From Spirochaetaceae bacterium (GTDB taxonomy: Bacteria > Spirochaetota > Spirochaetia > DSM-2461), in assembly GCA_965224705.1 (NCBI GenBank), contig OZ245056.1, positions 1,952,001-2,016,000 on the forward strand: a stretch of DNA of 64,000 nt. The letters are read 5' to 3'. A model generated the notes under the pieces. It ran no database searches. It worked only from the letters and a program-made list of their open reading frames with translations, and was not told the DNA's origin. Positions 48,088 through 56,564 of the stretch are shown one piece after another (the stretch's first letter is position 1; every line of letters begins with the position of its first letter). Made by a program: the position numbers and the translations under genes.

Positions 48088-50351
48088 AAAAAGAACGAAA
48101 ACCGAATATAGACATGATTTGTTCGATTGATGAACTGAAGGCTCTATTCAAGCAGGGACAGAGTATTCAGGGCTTTCTATCCCAGGTTGTTTCCATAATC
48201 AGCCAGCACATGGACACAGATGCCTGTACTATTTTCCTGTACAATGAGAAGAAAGAGGAACTGGTACTTCGGGCAACCGTTGGTTTGAACTCTGAATTAA
48301 TCGGAAAACTGACAATTGGAATCAATGAAGGTCTGGCTGGCCTTGCACTGAAGGAACTGCGTCCGATTCTGGAGGAACGTGGACAGGACAATCCAAACTT
48401 CAAGGTTATCCCCCACAGTGGGGAAGATCGTTTTTCTTCCTACCTGGCAGTTCCCATAGTTCGGGGAATTCAAAAGGTGGGTGTCCTGGTTCTCCAGGAT
48501 GAAGAAGCCCGGCATTTTTCCAGGAGAAATGTTCTGACACTCATGACGATCGCTTCCCAGCTGGCGGCAACGCTTGAGAATGCACAGCTCATTATCGAGA
48601 AATCAAAGATCAGCAAATCAGATGATTTTGACCAGAGTTCCATGCGTATACTGCGCGGGACACCATTGGTGGAGGGAGTGGCCCTGGGTGAGGCATACCA
48701 TGTAGAAGGCCCCAGGGCCGAAAATCATCTGGTAAAGGCCTGTGATGTTGGTTATTCGGAAACACTGGAGGGTTTTCGGCAGGCTATCTCTCGAACTGAG
48801 GAGCAGCTCAAAGCTCTACAGGCTCAACTCGAAATAGAATTGGCCGATGTTGCGTCCCTCATTTTCAGTGCCCACCTGCTCATACTGCGGGATGCTGGTT
48901 TCTTTGGAGCTATGGAAGCACTGATTGAGGAAGGGGTACTGCCCTGTCAGGCTGTTGAGAGAATTGCCAATGAATACATTGGAGTATTTGGAGACAGTGA
49001 CAATCCCCGCATGAAGGAAAAAATTCTGGATATAAAGGACCTTGGTCACCGTATCCTTAAAAATCTACTTCAAAATGATACTGACAGGGGAGATTATACC
49101 GGCCAGTTAATACTCACAAATGAATTGCTGCCATCGGAGTTATTGAAGTTGGCCGCCCAGAAGGTGGAAGGAATTGTTGTGTTTGGCGGCAGCATGACTG
49201 CTCACATCACAGTCCTGGCCTCATCACTTCAGGTTCCAATGATGTTTACGGAAGATGACAGTCTGTTCAGCATACCGCCAAACACAAACCTGGCCCTTGA
49301 TGCTATTCAAGGTCTTCTTTTCATTCAGCCGGATGAAGCTGTCCGCAAGCGTGTATATCAGCTCAAAGTTGGAACCGACCGTTTGAACAGGATTGAGGCG
49401 ATAACGGACAGCCAGCCCTGTACATCTGATGGAATAAGTATTCATCTGAAGGCCACCGTGAATCTGTTGTCAGATTTGAAACTTGCCCGGAAACTCAACG
49501 TTGAAGGGATAGGATTATACCGAAGTGAATTCCCCTTCCTGATTCGCAATGATTTCCCTTCCGAAGAAGAACAATACCAGATCTACAGGCAGGTGGTCGA
49601 TGCCATGAAGGATTCTCCGGCTACTTTGCGAACTCTGGATGTTGGCGGGGATAAGATGCTGAGCTATCTGCCTTCCAAAGATGAGCCCAATCCCTTCCTT
49701 GGACTTCGGGGTATCCGTTTCCTGTTGAAAAACGAACTGGTATTTGTCCGGCAGGTTAGAGCCATGATACGTGCTGGCGGACAGAATAGAACGATTCGAA
49801 TTCTATTTCCTCTGATTTCCTCACTGGATGATTTCAGAAATGCCAGAAACATTGTTAAGAAATGCCTTGATGAGTTGGAGAAAGATGGATCTGGAACTTT
49901 CTCCATGCCTGATTGCGGTGCGATGATAGAGCTGCCTTCTGCTGTTATGCTGGCCCAGGAACTGGCCGATGAGGCGGATTTTCTTTCAATAGGGACGAAC
50001 GACCTTATACAGTACACCCTGGGAGTTGATAGAACCAATGAGAAAGTGGCAAATCTTTTTGATACCTGCCATCCATCGGTTCTGAGGGCGATTAAAACTG
50101 TGGCCGTAGCCGCTCAACGATCTGATTGTCCAGTATCAATTTGTGGTATCATGGCTTCTGATCCCCGATCTGTCTATTACATGCTGGGCCTGGGTATCAA
50201 AGAGTTTTCACTGGTTCCCGGAAGAATCCCTGATCTGCTGACATCAATAGCTGAAATGAGTGCGAAAAAAGCCTGCAAAGATGCTGAAGAAATTTCACAG
50301 CTGGGAACATTGACAGAGATTCGGGAGTATTTCGTAAAGAATGGTATATAG
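48084..50351 (+). CDS. ptsP: PEP-protein phosphotransferase with an N-terminal GAF domain (EI-Ntr-like)
   Basis: GAF-like N-terminus, phospho-His TAHITV, GLYRSEF, RTLDVGGDK, EPNPFLGLRGIR, SIGTNDL.QY. Confidence 0.9.
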   Translation: MKKERKPNIDMICSIDELKALFKQGQSIQGFLSQVVSIISQHMDTDACTIFLYNEKKEELVLRATVGLNSELIGKLTIGINEGLAGLALKELRPILEERGQDNPNFKVIPHSGEDRFSSYLAVPIVRGIQKVGVLVLQDEEARHFSRRNVLTLMTIASQLAATLENAQLIIEKSKISKSDDFDQSSMRILRGTPLVEGVALGEAYHVEGPRAENHLVKACDVGYSETLEGFRQAISRTEEQLKALQAQLEIELADVASLIFSAHLLILRDAGFFGAMEALIEEGVLPCQAVERIANEYIGVFGDSDNPRMKEKILDIKDLGHRILKNLLQNDTDRGDYTGQLILTNELLPSELLKLAAQKVEGIVVFGGSMTAHITVLASSLQVPMMFTEDDSLFSIPPNTNLALDAIQGLLFIQPDEAVRKRVYQLKVGTDRLNRIEAITDSQPCTSDGISIHLKATVNLLSDLKLARKLNVEGIGLYRSEFPFLIRNDFPSEEEQYQIYRQVVDAMKDSPATLRTLDVGGDKMLSYLPSKDEPNPFLGLRGIRFLLKNELVFVRQVRAMIRAGGQNRTIRILFPLISSLDDFRNARNIVKKCLDELEKDGSGTFSMPDCGAMIELPSAVMLAQELADEADFLSIGTNDLIQYTLGVDRTNEKVANLFDTCHPSVLRAIKTVAVAAQRSDCPVSICGIMASDPRSVYYMLGLGIKEFSLVPGRIPDLLTSIAEMSAKKACKDAEEISQLGTLTEIREYFVKNGI

Positions 50352-50376
50352 TGTCAGGAATCTTGTTACAGCCTGG
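50351..50376 (+). mobile_element. Solo end of the GTGTCAG-TIR family fused to the ptsP stop codon
   Basis: GTGTCAGGAATCTTGTTACAGCCTGG versus GTGTCAGGAAGCTTGTTACAACCTGG at 32297. Confidence 0.7.
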
Positions 50377-50426
50377 CTAGTATACTATAAACCTTAATAT
50401 TGCCCATGTCTATCACCCATGTTACC

Positions 50427-50640
50427 CAGGGCAATCGCATCTAAAATCCACTTATGAAAGCCTTATTCATGATTCTTAACCGCAGAGGACGCAGAGAGCG
50501 CAGAGTGTTCAAGGTAATTATTCACATCACAACGATAACAAAAAGTTGACAAATTCCTCCTATTGAAGGAAACTCCATTCGTTCCCCCAAGAATTAGTGT
50601 TTTTCATTTTTTTGGGATAGAATTAGATGCGATTGCCCTG
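50427..50640. mobile_element. 214-bp ISAs1-type MITE with perfect 18-bp TIRs and a 10-bp target duplication
   Basis: CAGGGCAATCGCATCTAA / TTAGATGCGATTGCCCTG; CCATGTTACC at 50417-50426 and 50641-50650. CAGGG ends with ~10-bp DR are ISAs1-family hallmarks. Confidence 0.85.
50449..50516 (+). repeat. Dispersed ~70-bp repeat with the CGCAGAG triplet (copy 2), inside the ISAs1-type MITE
   Basis: Matches the reverse complement of 6395-6463. Confidence 0.85.
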
Positions 50641-50819
50641 CCATGTTACCTTTGTTAGCTTTGTTTTGAGAGATTGAGTTTAACAGAGTTCGGTGCTTTT
50701 TGTTTTCTTTGTCTCGGGGCTTTAGATCACCCACACAACAGGGAGCCTAAGGTTTTATTCCCGTGTGCTTACATCTGATGAAGTAGGATTACTGTATAAG
50801 AAATAACGGATGAAATCTG

Positions 50820-50895
50820 TTCGTGTTTTTCGTGTGGTTCGTGGTTCCTATTGAGATGAGGTTTTTTTACCACGAAAGGCACGAAAGACACGAAA
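50820..50895. repeat. Inverted pair of 9-bp-period CACGAA triplets
   Basis: TTCGTG x3 (50820-50845) facing CACGAAA x3 (50869-50895). Confidence 0.8.
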
Positions 50896-50909
50896 ATTTG
50901 GTGGATAGA

Positions 50910-51127
50910 AGCTGGCTGAATACAGCGGAAATAGAATTAAGTGCCTATAAGCGGCAATGTCTCAATCGCCGGATACCAACCATTGAACAACTGGTTCAGG
51001 AAACAGAAATGTTAAATTGGGATAGAAATAACTCTGCAAATAAAGTCAATTGGCCGTTTACCGCCAAGGATGCTCGGATAAAGCTGAAAAGACTTTATCT
51101 GCAGGTTTAGGGATTATAAGGTACTAG
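50910..51127 (+). pseudogene. IS630-family transposase C-terminal remnant with its right end
   Basis: SWLNTAEIELSAYKRQCLNRRIP...VNWPFTAKDARIKLKRLY, the typical IS630 tail. Ends in GTACTAG. Confidence 0.8.
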
Positions 51128-51150
51128 CTTAGGTTTTACCTGTCGATAGA

Positions 51151-51216
51151 AGGTCGCCTTGCATCAGGAAAAAGTCAGCAGAAATCGCCTCAAAGTCTCA
51201 AAGTCCGGCAGGCTTC
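51151..51216. mobile_element. Truncated GGAG-TIR MITE (right half of the 184-bp subtype)
   Basis: AGGTCGCCTTGCATCAGGAAAAA...AAAGTCCGGCAGGCTTC matches 28031-28095. Confidence 0.72.
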
Positions 51217-51224
51217 CCGGGGGA

Positions 51225-52562
51225 TCAGTAATACAGGGAACTTGTTATGGTGAATTCATATTTTCGTAGATCATTCCAACTGTACTGACTCAGATCCACA
51301 CCAATCATACCACGTGCGACAAGGTTGGGAATGGCATCCAGGAAGAGGACGAAATCCAATCCAGCACTGTACCTTAAGTCATTAGCCAGGTTACCACCAT
51401 CAAAAGGTACGGTTATGCCAATATCGAAAAATGGATGTACCTGAGCATCCCAAACACCTTTTAACCGCCAGAACTGTATCCCGATGGAATTATTGAGGTA
51501 CATACCCCAGTCACCGCTCATGGCGTTGTCAGCAACACCTCGCAGGTTTTCAGCAAAGCCAGCATTCTGGCGGCTGAAAGAGACGAATGCACCGCCTCGA
51601 ATGTAGTAATTAAATATTTTCCCGAAAATTCGATAAAAGCTTCCTGTCAGCAATATACTATTTGCTACATACCATTTGTTTGTTGATGGGTCTAAAAGAG
51701 GCGTTACTGTATGGTTGAGTTCGACACTTTGTCCATATCGAAAATTATTTCTCCAATCAATGCTTCCAAGGAGAAATGAGTGATCCCAGCCGAAACCCAT
51801 ACGCTCCTCTCTATAATTCAAAGTAGAAAGGAAGTTTTTATAGGCATACTTCAAATCGAACGATATGGAGAAATCATATGTCAGCAGAGTTTCAGGAATC
51901 TCAATTGAAGAACCGACTGCGATTTCTGACCTGTAATATCCATAATGATACTCAGTGGAACTTTCTCCTGAATCAAATTGTTTTTCTTCATAGGATTGAA
52001 GAAGACTGACCGTAACAAGCAAAGATCCCAGACGAATTTTTTTCCATTGGGGATTGATATTCCATGCTCCAACGCTCCAATCACCAGTGGTTTTGTTCTG
52101 GCCAATATTTATTCCAAGTCCAAGATATAAGCTGCTCATGGTACTGAAGGCATTGTCGTAGTAGCCTTTTAAACCCAGCCTGAACCCGGTGTTTGAATCA
52201 AATTTTGGATATATAATGGGGAAAAAAGTAAAAGCATCCTTGACACTGTAGGTAATACCCCATTCCACTGTATTTTCATCCTCAGCAATAACATCCAGGC
52301 TCATTGTCACATATTTAAAGACCCGGTAATTAACAAGATCCTGCCGTTCCCGTTCTGCCGCATTCAGTAATTCTTCTCCAGAGGAAAACAGGTCATTCTC
52401 TTTGATATCTATTATTGCCCTGAGGGCAGAAAGATGGGTTTTACCATCCACATTGATAATAAGTTTCTTCACCACATGTGTCTTTTCTGGATTTTCTGAG
52501 TATGCGGGGAATGATAGAACCATTACTATGAAGCAGAAACAAAACCTTCGGAACAGAACCAT
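51225..52562 (-). CDS. Outer-membrane beta-barrel protein with one POTRA-like domain (Omp85/TamA-like)
   Basis: Signal peptide, POTRA-like N-terminus, amphipathic strands, LRG motif, C-terminal aromatic residues. Confidence 0.65.
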   Translation of the reverse strand: MVLFRRFCFCFIVMVLSFPAYSENPEKTHVVKKLIINVDGKTHLSALRAIIDIKENDLFSSGEELLNAAERERQDLVNYRVFKYVTMSLDVIAEDENTVEWGITYSVKDAFTFFPIIYPKFDSNTGFRLGLKGYYDNAFSTMSSLYLGLGINIGQNKTTGDWSVGAWNINPQWKKIRLGSLLVTVSLLQSYEEKQFDSGESSTEYHYGYYRSEIAVGSSIEIPETLLTYDFSISFDLKYAYKNFLSTLNYREERMGFGWDHSFLLGSIDWRNNFRYGQSVELNHTVTPLLDPSTNKWYVANSILLTGSFYRIFGKIFNYYIRGGAFVSFSRQNAGFAENLRGVADNAMSGDWGMYLNNSIGIQFWRLKGVWDAQVHPFFDIGITVPFDGGNLANDLRYSAGLDFVLFLDAIPNLVARGMIGVDLSQYSWNDLRKYEFTITSSLYY

Positions 52563-52566
52563 TCCA

Positions 52567-52621
52567 GGAGTCCGTCGGACTTTAGGGCTTCGAGCCGTGA
52601 GGCGGAAGTTCGACAGACTCC
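52567..52621. mobile_element. 55-bp minimal MITE, GGAG-TIR family
   Basis: GGAGTCCGTCGGACTT...AAGTTCGACAGACTCC with CA/CA flanks. Confidence 0.8.
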
Positions 52622-52626
52622 CACCC

Positions 52627-53787
52627 TCATGCTTCCACGGTTGGTGACAAAAAATCATTCAATCCCTTCCTCAATACTTCCAGTAATCGGGTATTATGGC
52701 TTTCTTTATCAAATTTTTCGGCATGTTTTCTGATTGAAACAGGATTCCAGCTCATTGCTTCAAATTCTTCAATAGCATTCAGCAGTGATTCAGAGTTTTG
52801 CTCCGGGAAGAATAAACCAGTTGTACCATCCACAATTGTTTCCAGTGCTCCACCGCGGCCATAGGCCAGTACGGGCCGTCCACAGGATTGGGCTTCAAGG
52901 GGAGTGATTCCAAAATCCTCCAACCCCGGAAATAGAAATGCCCGGCATTCTCTATATGCTTGAAGAATAACATCATCCGAACAAAATCCCAGGAACCGGA
53001 TTGTTGGACCGGCGATTGATTTAAGTCTGTCTATCTGGGGACCTGAACCAATGACATCCAGTCGACGATGAGTTTCCGTACATGCTTTTACGGCGATATC
53101 TATCCTCTTATAGGGCATGAGCCTCCCTACAACAAGATAGGCCTCTCCTAATTCAACACCTTTGTTTACCTTTTCATCCGAAACAGCCGGTTTGAACAAT
53201 TGAGTCTCAACGGGTGGGTGAACAACAATTGCGTTTCGTCGATAGACTTTTTTTATTCGGCGGGCAACTTCATGACTGTTACAGATAAACGTATCAACCC
53301 GGTTGGCACTGATCACATCCCAGAGTCTGATAGACGGCATTAAACACCTCATGCCAAACCGGGTAAGGAAACCCGAATGTGAGAGGTATTCCGGATACAA
53401 ATCCCAGGCATATCTCATGGGAGAATGAATGTATGAGGCATGGTATGTGGACGAACTGGTAAGAATGCCTTTGGCACATGATGACGAGCTTGATAACACA
53501 AGATCAAACTGACTGAAATCAAATTCTTCGAAAGCCCGAGGCATGAATGGCAGGAGTTTACGGTAGTAATGCGTTACCCCTGGAAGGTTTTGCAAGTGAC
53601 TTGTATGCACTTCGGTCTCCGGGAATTGAGATCCCAGTACCTTCTCATTGTAAATGAGCGTGTAAACTGGTGCACTGGGGAAAACACTCTTCCAGTTAAG
53701 AAGAACACGTTCCGCACCACCGAAAGTCACCAGCCAGTCATGAACCAAAGCTACCCGGGCATTATCAAAAGAAGTAATCACTGACAA
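52627..53787 (-). CDS. Glycosyltransferase family 4 (WbaZ-like)
   Basis: VALVHDWL..GGAERV, HSPMRYAWD, EDFGITPLEAQ. Confidence 0.9.
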   Translation of the reverse strand: MSVITSFDNARVALVHDWLVTFGGAERVLLNWKSVFPSAPVYTLIYNEKVLGSQFPETEVHTSHLQNLPGVTHYYRKLLPFMPRAFEEFDFSQFDLVLSSSSSCAKGILTSSSTYHASYIHSPMRYAWDLYPEYLSHSGFLTRFGMRCLMPSIRLWDVISANRVDTFICNSHEVARRIKKVYRRNAIVVHPPVETQLFKPAVSDEKVNKGVELGEAYLVVGRLMPYKRIDIAVKACTETHRRLDVIGSGPQIDRLKSIAGPTIRFLGFCSDDVILQAYRECRAFLFPGLEDFGITPLEAQSCGRPVLAYGRGGALETIVDGTTGLFFPEQNSESLLNAIEEFEAMSWNPVSIRKHAEKFDKESHNTRLLEVLRKGLNDFLSPTVEA

Positions 53788-53818
53788 TCATAATGAACCA
53801 TTGTACAGTTTTAGCCAA

Positions 53819-53978
53819 GGAGTCTGTCGGACTTTAAGACTTCGAGGCGATTTCTGATGATTTTTTCTGATACAAGGCGGCAAAAGCGGAGCTAGCTGGG
53901 CTGCGTGGGCATTTCGGCAACGCGGCAGCGGGAAAAAGCGCAAAAATCGAGCTGTGAGGCGTTAGTTCGACAGGCTCC
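53819..53978. mobile_element. 160-bp MITE, GGAG-TIR family
   Basis: Inverted near-copy of 27747-27909. Confidence 0.85.
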
Positions 53979-53986
53979 AGGGACTA

Positions 53987-55372
53987 TTAATAGGCATTCT
54001 CATTGACAAACCCTTTCAACACTGTAAGAAATAGAATTTTTACATCCAGCAGTAAAGACCAGTTTCGAATGTAGTAAAGATCGAATTCTATTCGGCTGGC
54101 CAGACTTGTATCTCCACGCCAGCCATTTACCTGTGCCCAGCCTGTAATCCCGCTTTTCATTCGGTGTCTCAACATATAAGACGGAATTTCATACTTGAAC
54201 GTTTCAATCAATTCAGGACGCTCAGGTCGAGGTCCCACAAGACTCATTTCACCTTTCAGCACATTCCACAGTTGAGGAAATTCATCAATACTGGTTTTTC
54301 GGAGAAATCGACCTATCGGAGTACATCGATCATCGTTCTTTTTTGCCCATTGAGCACCATTCTTCTCAGCATCCGGATACATGGATCGAAATTTGAACAT
54401 CATGAACTCCTCACCGCCCTGAGACATTCTCTTCTGGCCATACAGCACGGGGCCCCTGGAGGTGAGCTTTACCAAGAGAGCAATAATACAAAAGAATGGG
54501 AACAGAGTAATAATGCCCAACAGCGAAAGAACAACATCGATCAGTCTTTTTACAAATGACTGGAGTAAAGTCAACCTGGCTGAATTAATGGCAATCATGG
54601 GAACCGCATGAAACTCTTCAATGGCGTAACCTATAAACGCATTCTCAATATCAGGGATTACAAGGGTCTGAATTGATGTTTTATTCAATATGTTAAGGGT
54701 TTCATCAAGATAGGCATGATCACTTGTACTGTATCCGATTATGACGGCATCAGGTTCATCCTGACCTTCAAGAGATATTTCTTCCATCGATTTAACGGGG
54801 ATACCGTGCTGCTTTGCGCATTCTTCCGCGCCAATCCAACCTGTGAAACGAACACCTTTTTCCGGATGCTTGACTAAAAGATCCACATAGTGCTCCAGTG
54901 ATGAACCACGGCCTATAATGAGTACATGCCGAAGACTTTTCCCCATTAACCTTGATTTTCTTAGCAGAGACCTGATAATTCCTCTCACGATAAGAGCTAT
55001 AATGATTCCAATCCCGATATATAACCCTATCGTAATACGGGAAAGTCGATTCGGTTTGATGAAGTAGAGAATTATTATGAAGGTTGCAATTGACTGAAGC
55101 TGTGATTTTACAACAAGAAGAAATTCTTTGTACCATGAATAATACTGATTGGATTTATACAGGTGGTTGGCAGTAGAGAAGAGGACAACAAGAGCTGCCA
55201 GTACAAATGAGTAGTAGAGAAAATTGTCGAATAAGCCGGTCTGATGATTATCCATCAATTCAAACCGTATGAAGTAGGCAATTTCCCAGGCTGTAATCGT
55301 CACAACAATATCTGTAATCATCAGGACTACTAAAAGTGTTTTTGCCAATTTCTTATTGCTCATATTTCTCAC
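53987..55372 (-). CDS. Undecaprenyl-phosphate hexose-1-phosphate transferase (WcaJ-like)
   Basis: N-terminal TM bundle, KRLID, KFRSM, DEFPQLWNVLKGEMSLVGPRP, GITGWAQV. Confidence 0.9.
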   Translation of the reverse strand: MRNMSNKKLAKTLLVVLMITDIVVTITAWEIAYFIRFELMDNHQTGLFDNFLYYSFVLAALVVLFSTANHLYKSNQYYSWYKEFLLVVKSQLQSIATFIIILYFIKPNRLSRITIGLYIGIGIIIALIVRGIIRSLLRKSRLMGKSLRHVLIIGRGSSLEHYVDLLVKHPEKGVRFTGWIGAEECAKQHGIPVKSMEEISLEGQDEPDAVIIGYSTSDHAYLDETLNILNKTSIQTLVIPDIENAFIGYAIEEFHAVPMIAINSARLTLLQSFVKRLIDVVLSLLGIITLFPFFCIIALLVKLTSRGPVLYGQKRMSQGGEEFMMFKFRSMYPDAEKNGAQWAKKNDDRCTPIGRFLRKTSIDEFPQLWNVLKGEMSLVGPRPERPELIETFKYEIPSYMLRHRMKSGITGWAQVNGWRGDTSLASRIEFDLYYIRNWSLLLDVKILFLTVLKGFVNENAY

Positions 55373-55500
55373 CTCAACATCTTACTCCGATACAATACTA
55401 CAATACAGTATTTTCAGAATACTATATAGAGTGAAGATCGTCTGGCAGAGAGCATACTCTCTGGACATATTTCCATGCTACTCAGTATAGTGTGCTGATT

Positions 55501-56547
55501 ATGGTTGAAATCGCCTGTTTTGAATACAACAATGGTTTTTCCCGCATACTGCTGACAGGAAGGGAAGAACTGCTGCTGAAAAACTCAGCTCTGACTGTTT
55601 TTGATGGTAATACATCTCTCCTGTTTACAAACCGGAATCCTGAATTCTCCCTGGTTCTGCCTCCAGGAGAAGCGGCAAAAAGCTGGAGTTCTGTAGACAG
55701 AATTCTTAAAAGGGCACTTGCAGTATCCCTTGGCCGAGATAGTCTCATAACGGCTGTCGGCGGTGGGGTTGTTACCGATGTTGCAGCTTTTGCGGCATCG
55801 ATTTACATGAGAGGCTGTCGGCTGTTGCTGATTCCCACCTCCCTGCTTGCCATGGTTGATGCTGCTATCGGAGGCAAGACAGGAATCGATTTCGGGGGTG
55901 CAAAGAATCTGGTTGGCACCTTCTATCCTGCTCATGAAGTATATATATGTCCTGAACTATTGCAGACACTTCCAGATGGCGAGTACAGGGCGGGACTTGC
56001 GGAAGTGATTAAACATGCCATGCTTGATCCAGGAGAACATGATGGACTCTGGGACATTCTGGTAAGCAGGCGTAATGACATACTGACCCGGCAGGATTCT
56101 GTTGTGAACGAAATGATACTCAAAGCTGTCAAAGTGAAAGTCGGGATAGTAGCTTCTGACTTGCAGGATGAAGGTCAAAGAGCCTTTTTGAATCTTGGCC
56201 ATACTTTTGCCCACGCAATGGAATCAGCCACCGATTTCTGCCGTTTCAGTCATGGAGAGGCCGTTGCCTGGGGTATTCTCAAGGCCCTGGAGCTTGGAGA
56301 AAGGCTGTCCATTACCGATAAGAACTGGGCTGCTGAATGCAGGCGGCTGATTGTTGATTACAATTTTGATGACCTGACACATCAGGTAATGATGGAAGAT
56401 CTGAAAGCCGCCATGGTTCATGATAAGAAAAAGAAAGATGGGCAGCTTCAGTTCATCCTGATGGAAGGACCGGGAAAACCAGTTCTCCAGAAGGTTCCTG
56501 AAAAAGACCTTGATGCCGTCCTTGGAATTCAGAAATCATCCGGTTAA
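55501..56547 (+). CDS. aroB: 3-dehydroquinate synthase
   Basis: [46 protein letters not shown]. Confidence 0.95.
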   Translation: MVEIACFEYNNGFSRILLTGREELLLKNSALTVFDGNTSLLFTNRNPEFSLVLPPGEAAKSWSSVDRILKRALAVSLGRDSLITAVGGGVVTDVAAFAASIYMRGCRLLLIPTSLLAMVDAAIGGKTGIDFGGAKNLVGTFYPAHEVYICPELLQTLPDGEYRAGLAEVIKHAMLDPGEHDGLWDILVSRRNDILTRQDSVVNEMILKAVKVKVGIVASDLQDEGQRAFLNLGHTFAHAMESATDFCRFSHGEAVAWGILKALELGERLSITDKNWAAECRRLIVDYNFDDLTHQVMMEDLKAAMVHDKKKKDGQLQFILMEGPGKPVLQKVPEKDLDAVLGIQKSSG

Positions 56548-56564
56548 ATATAAAAGGAGACCAT

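Noticed and set aside
52563..52658. 32-aa N-terminal extension of the OMP in the ORF track
   Set aside because: Derived from the 55-bp MITE and the GT4 overlap; the signal peptide begins at 52562.
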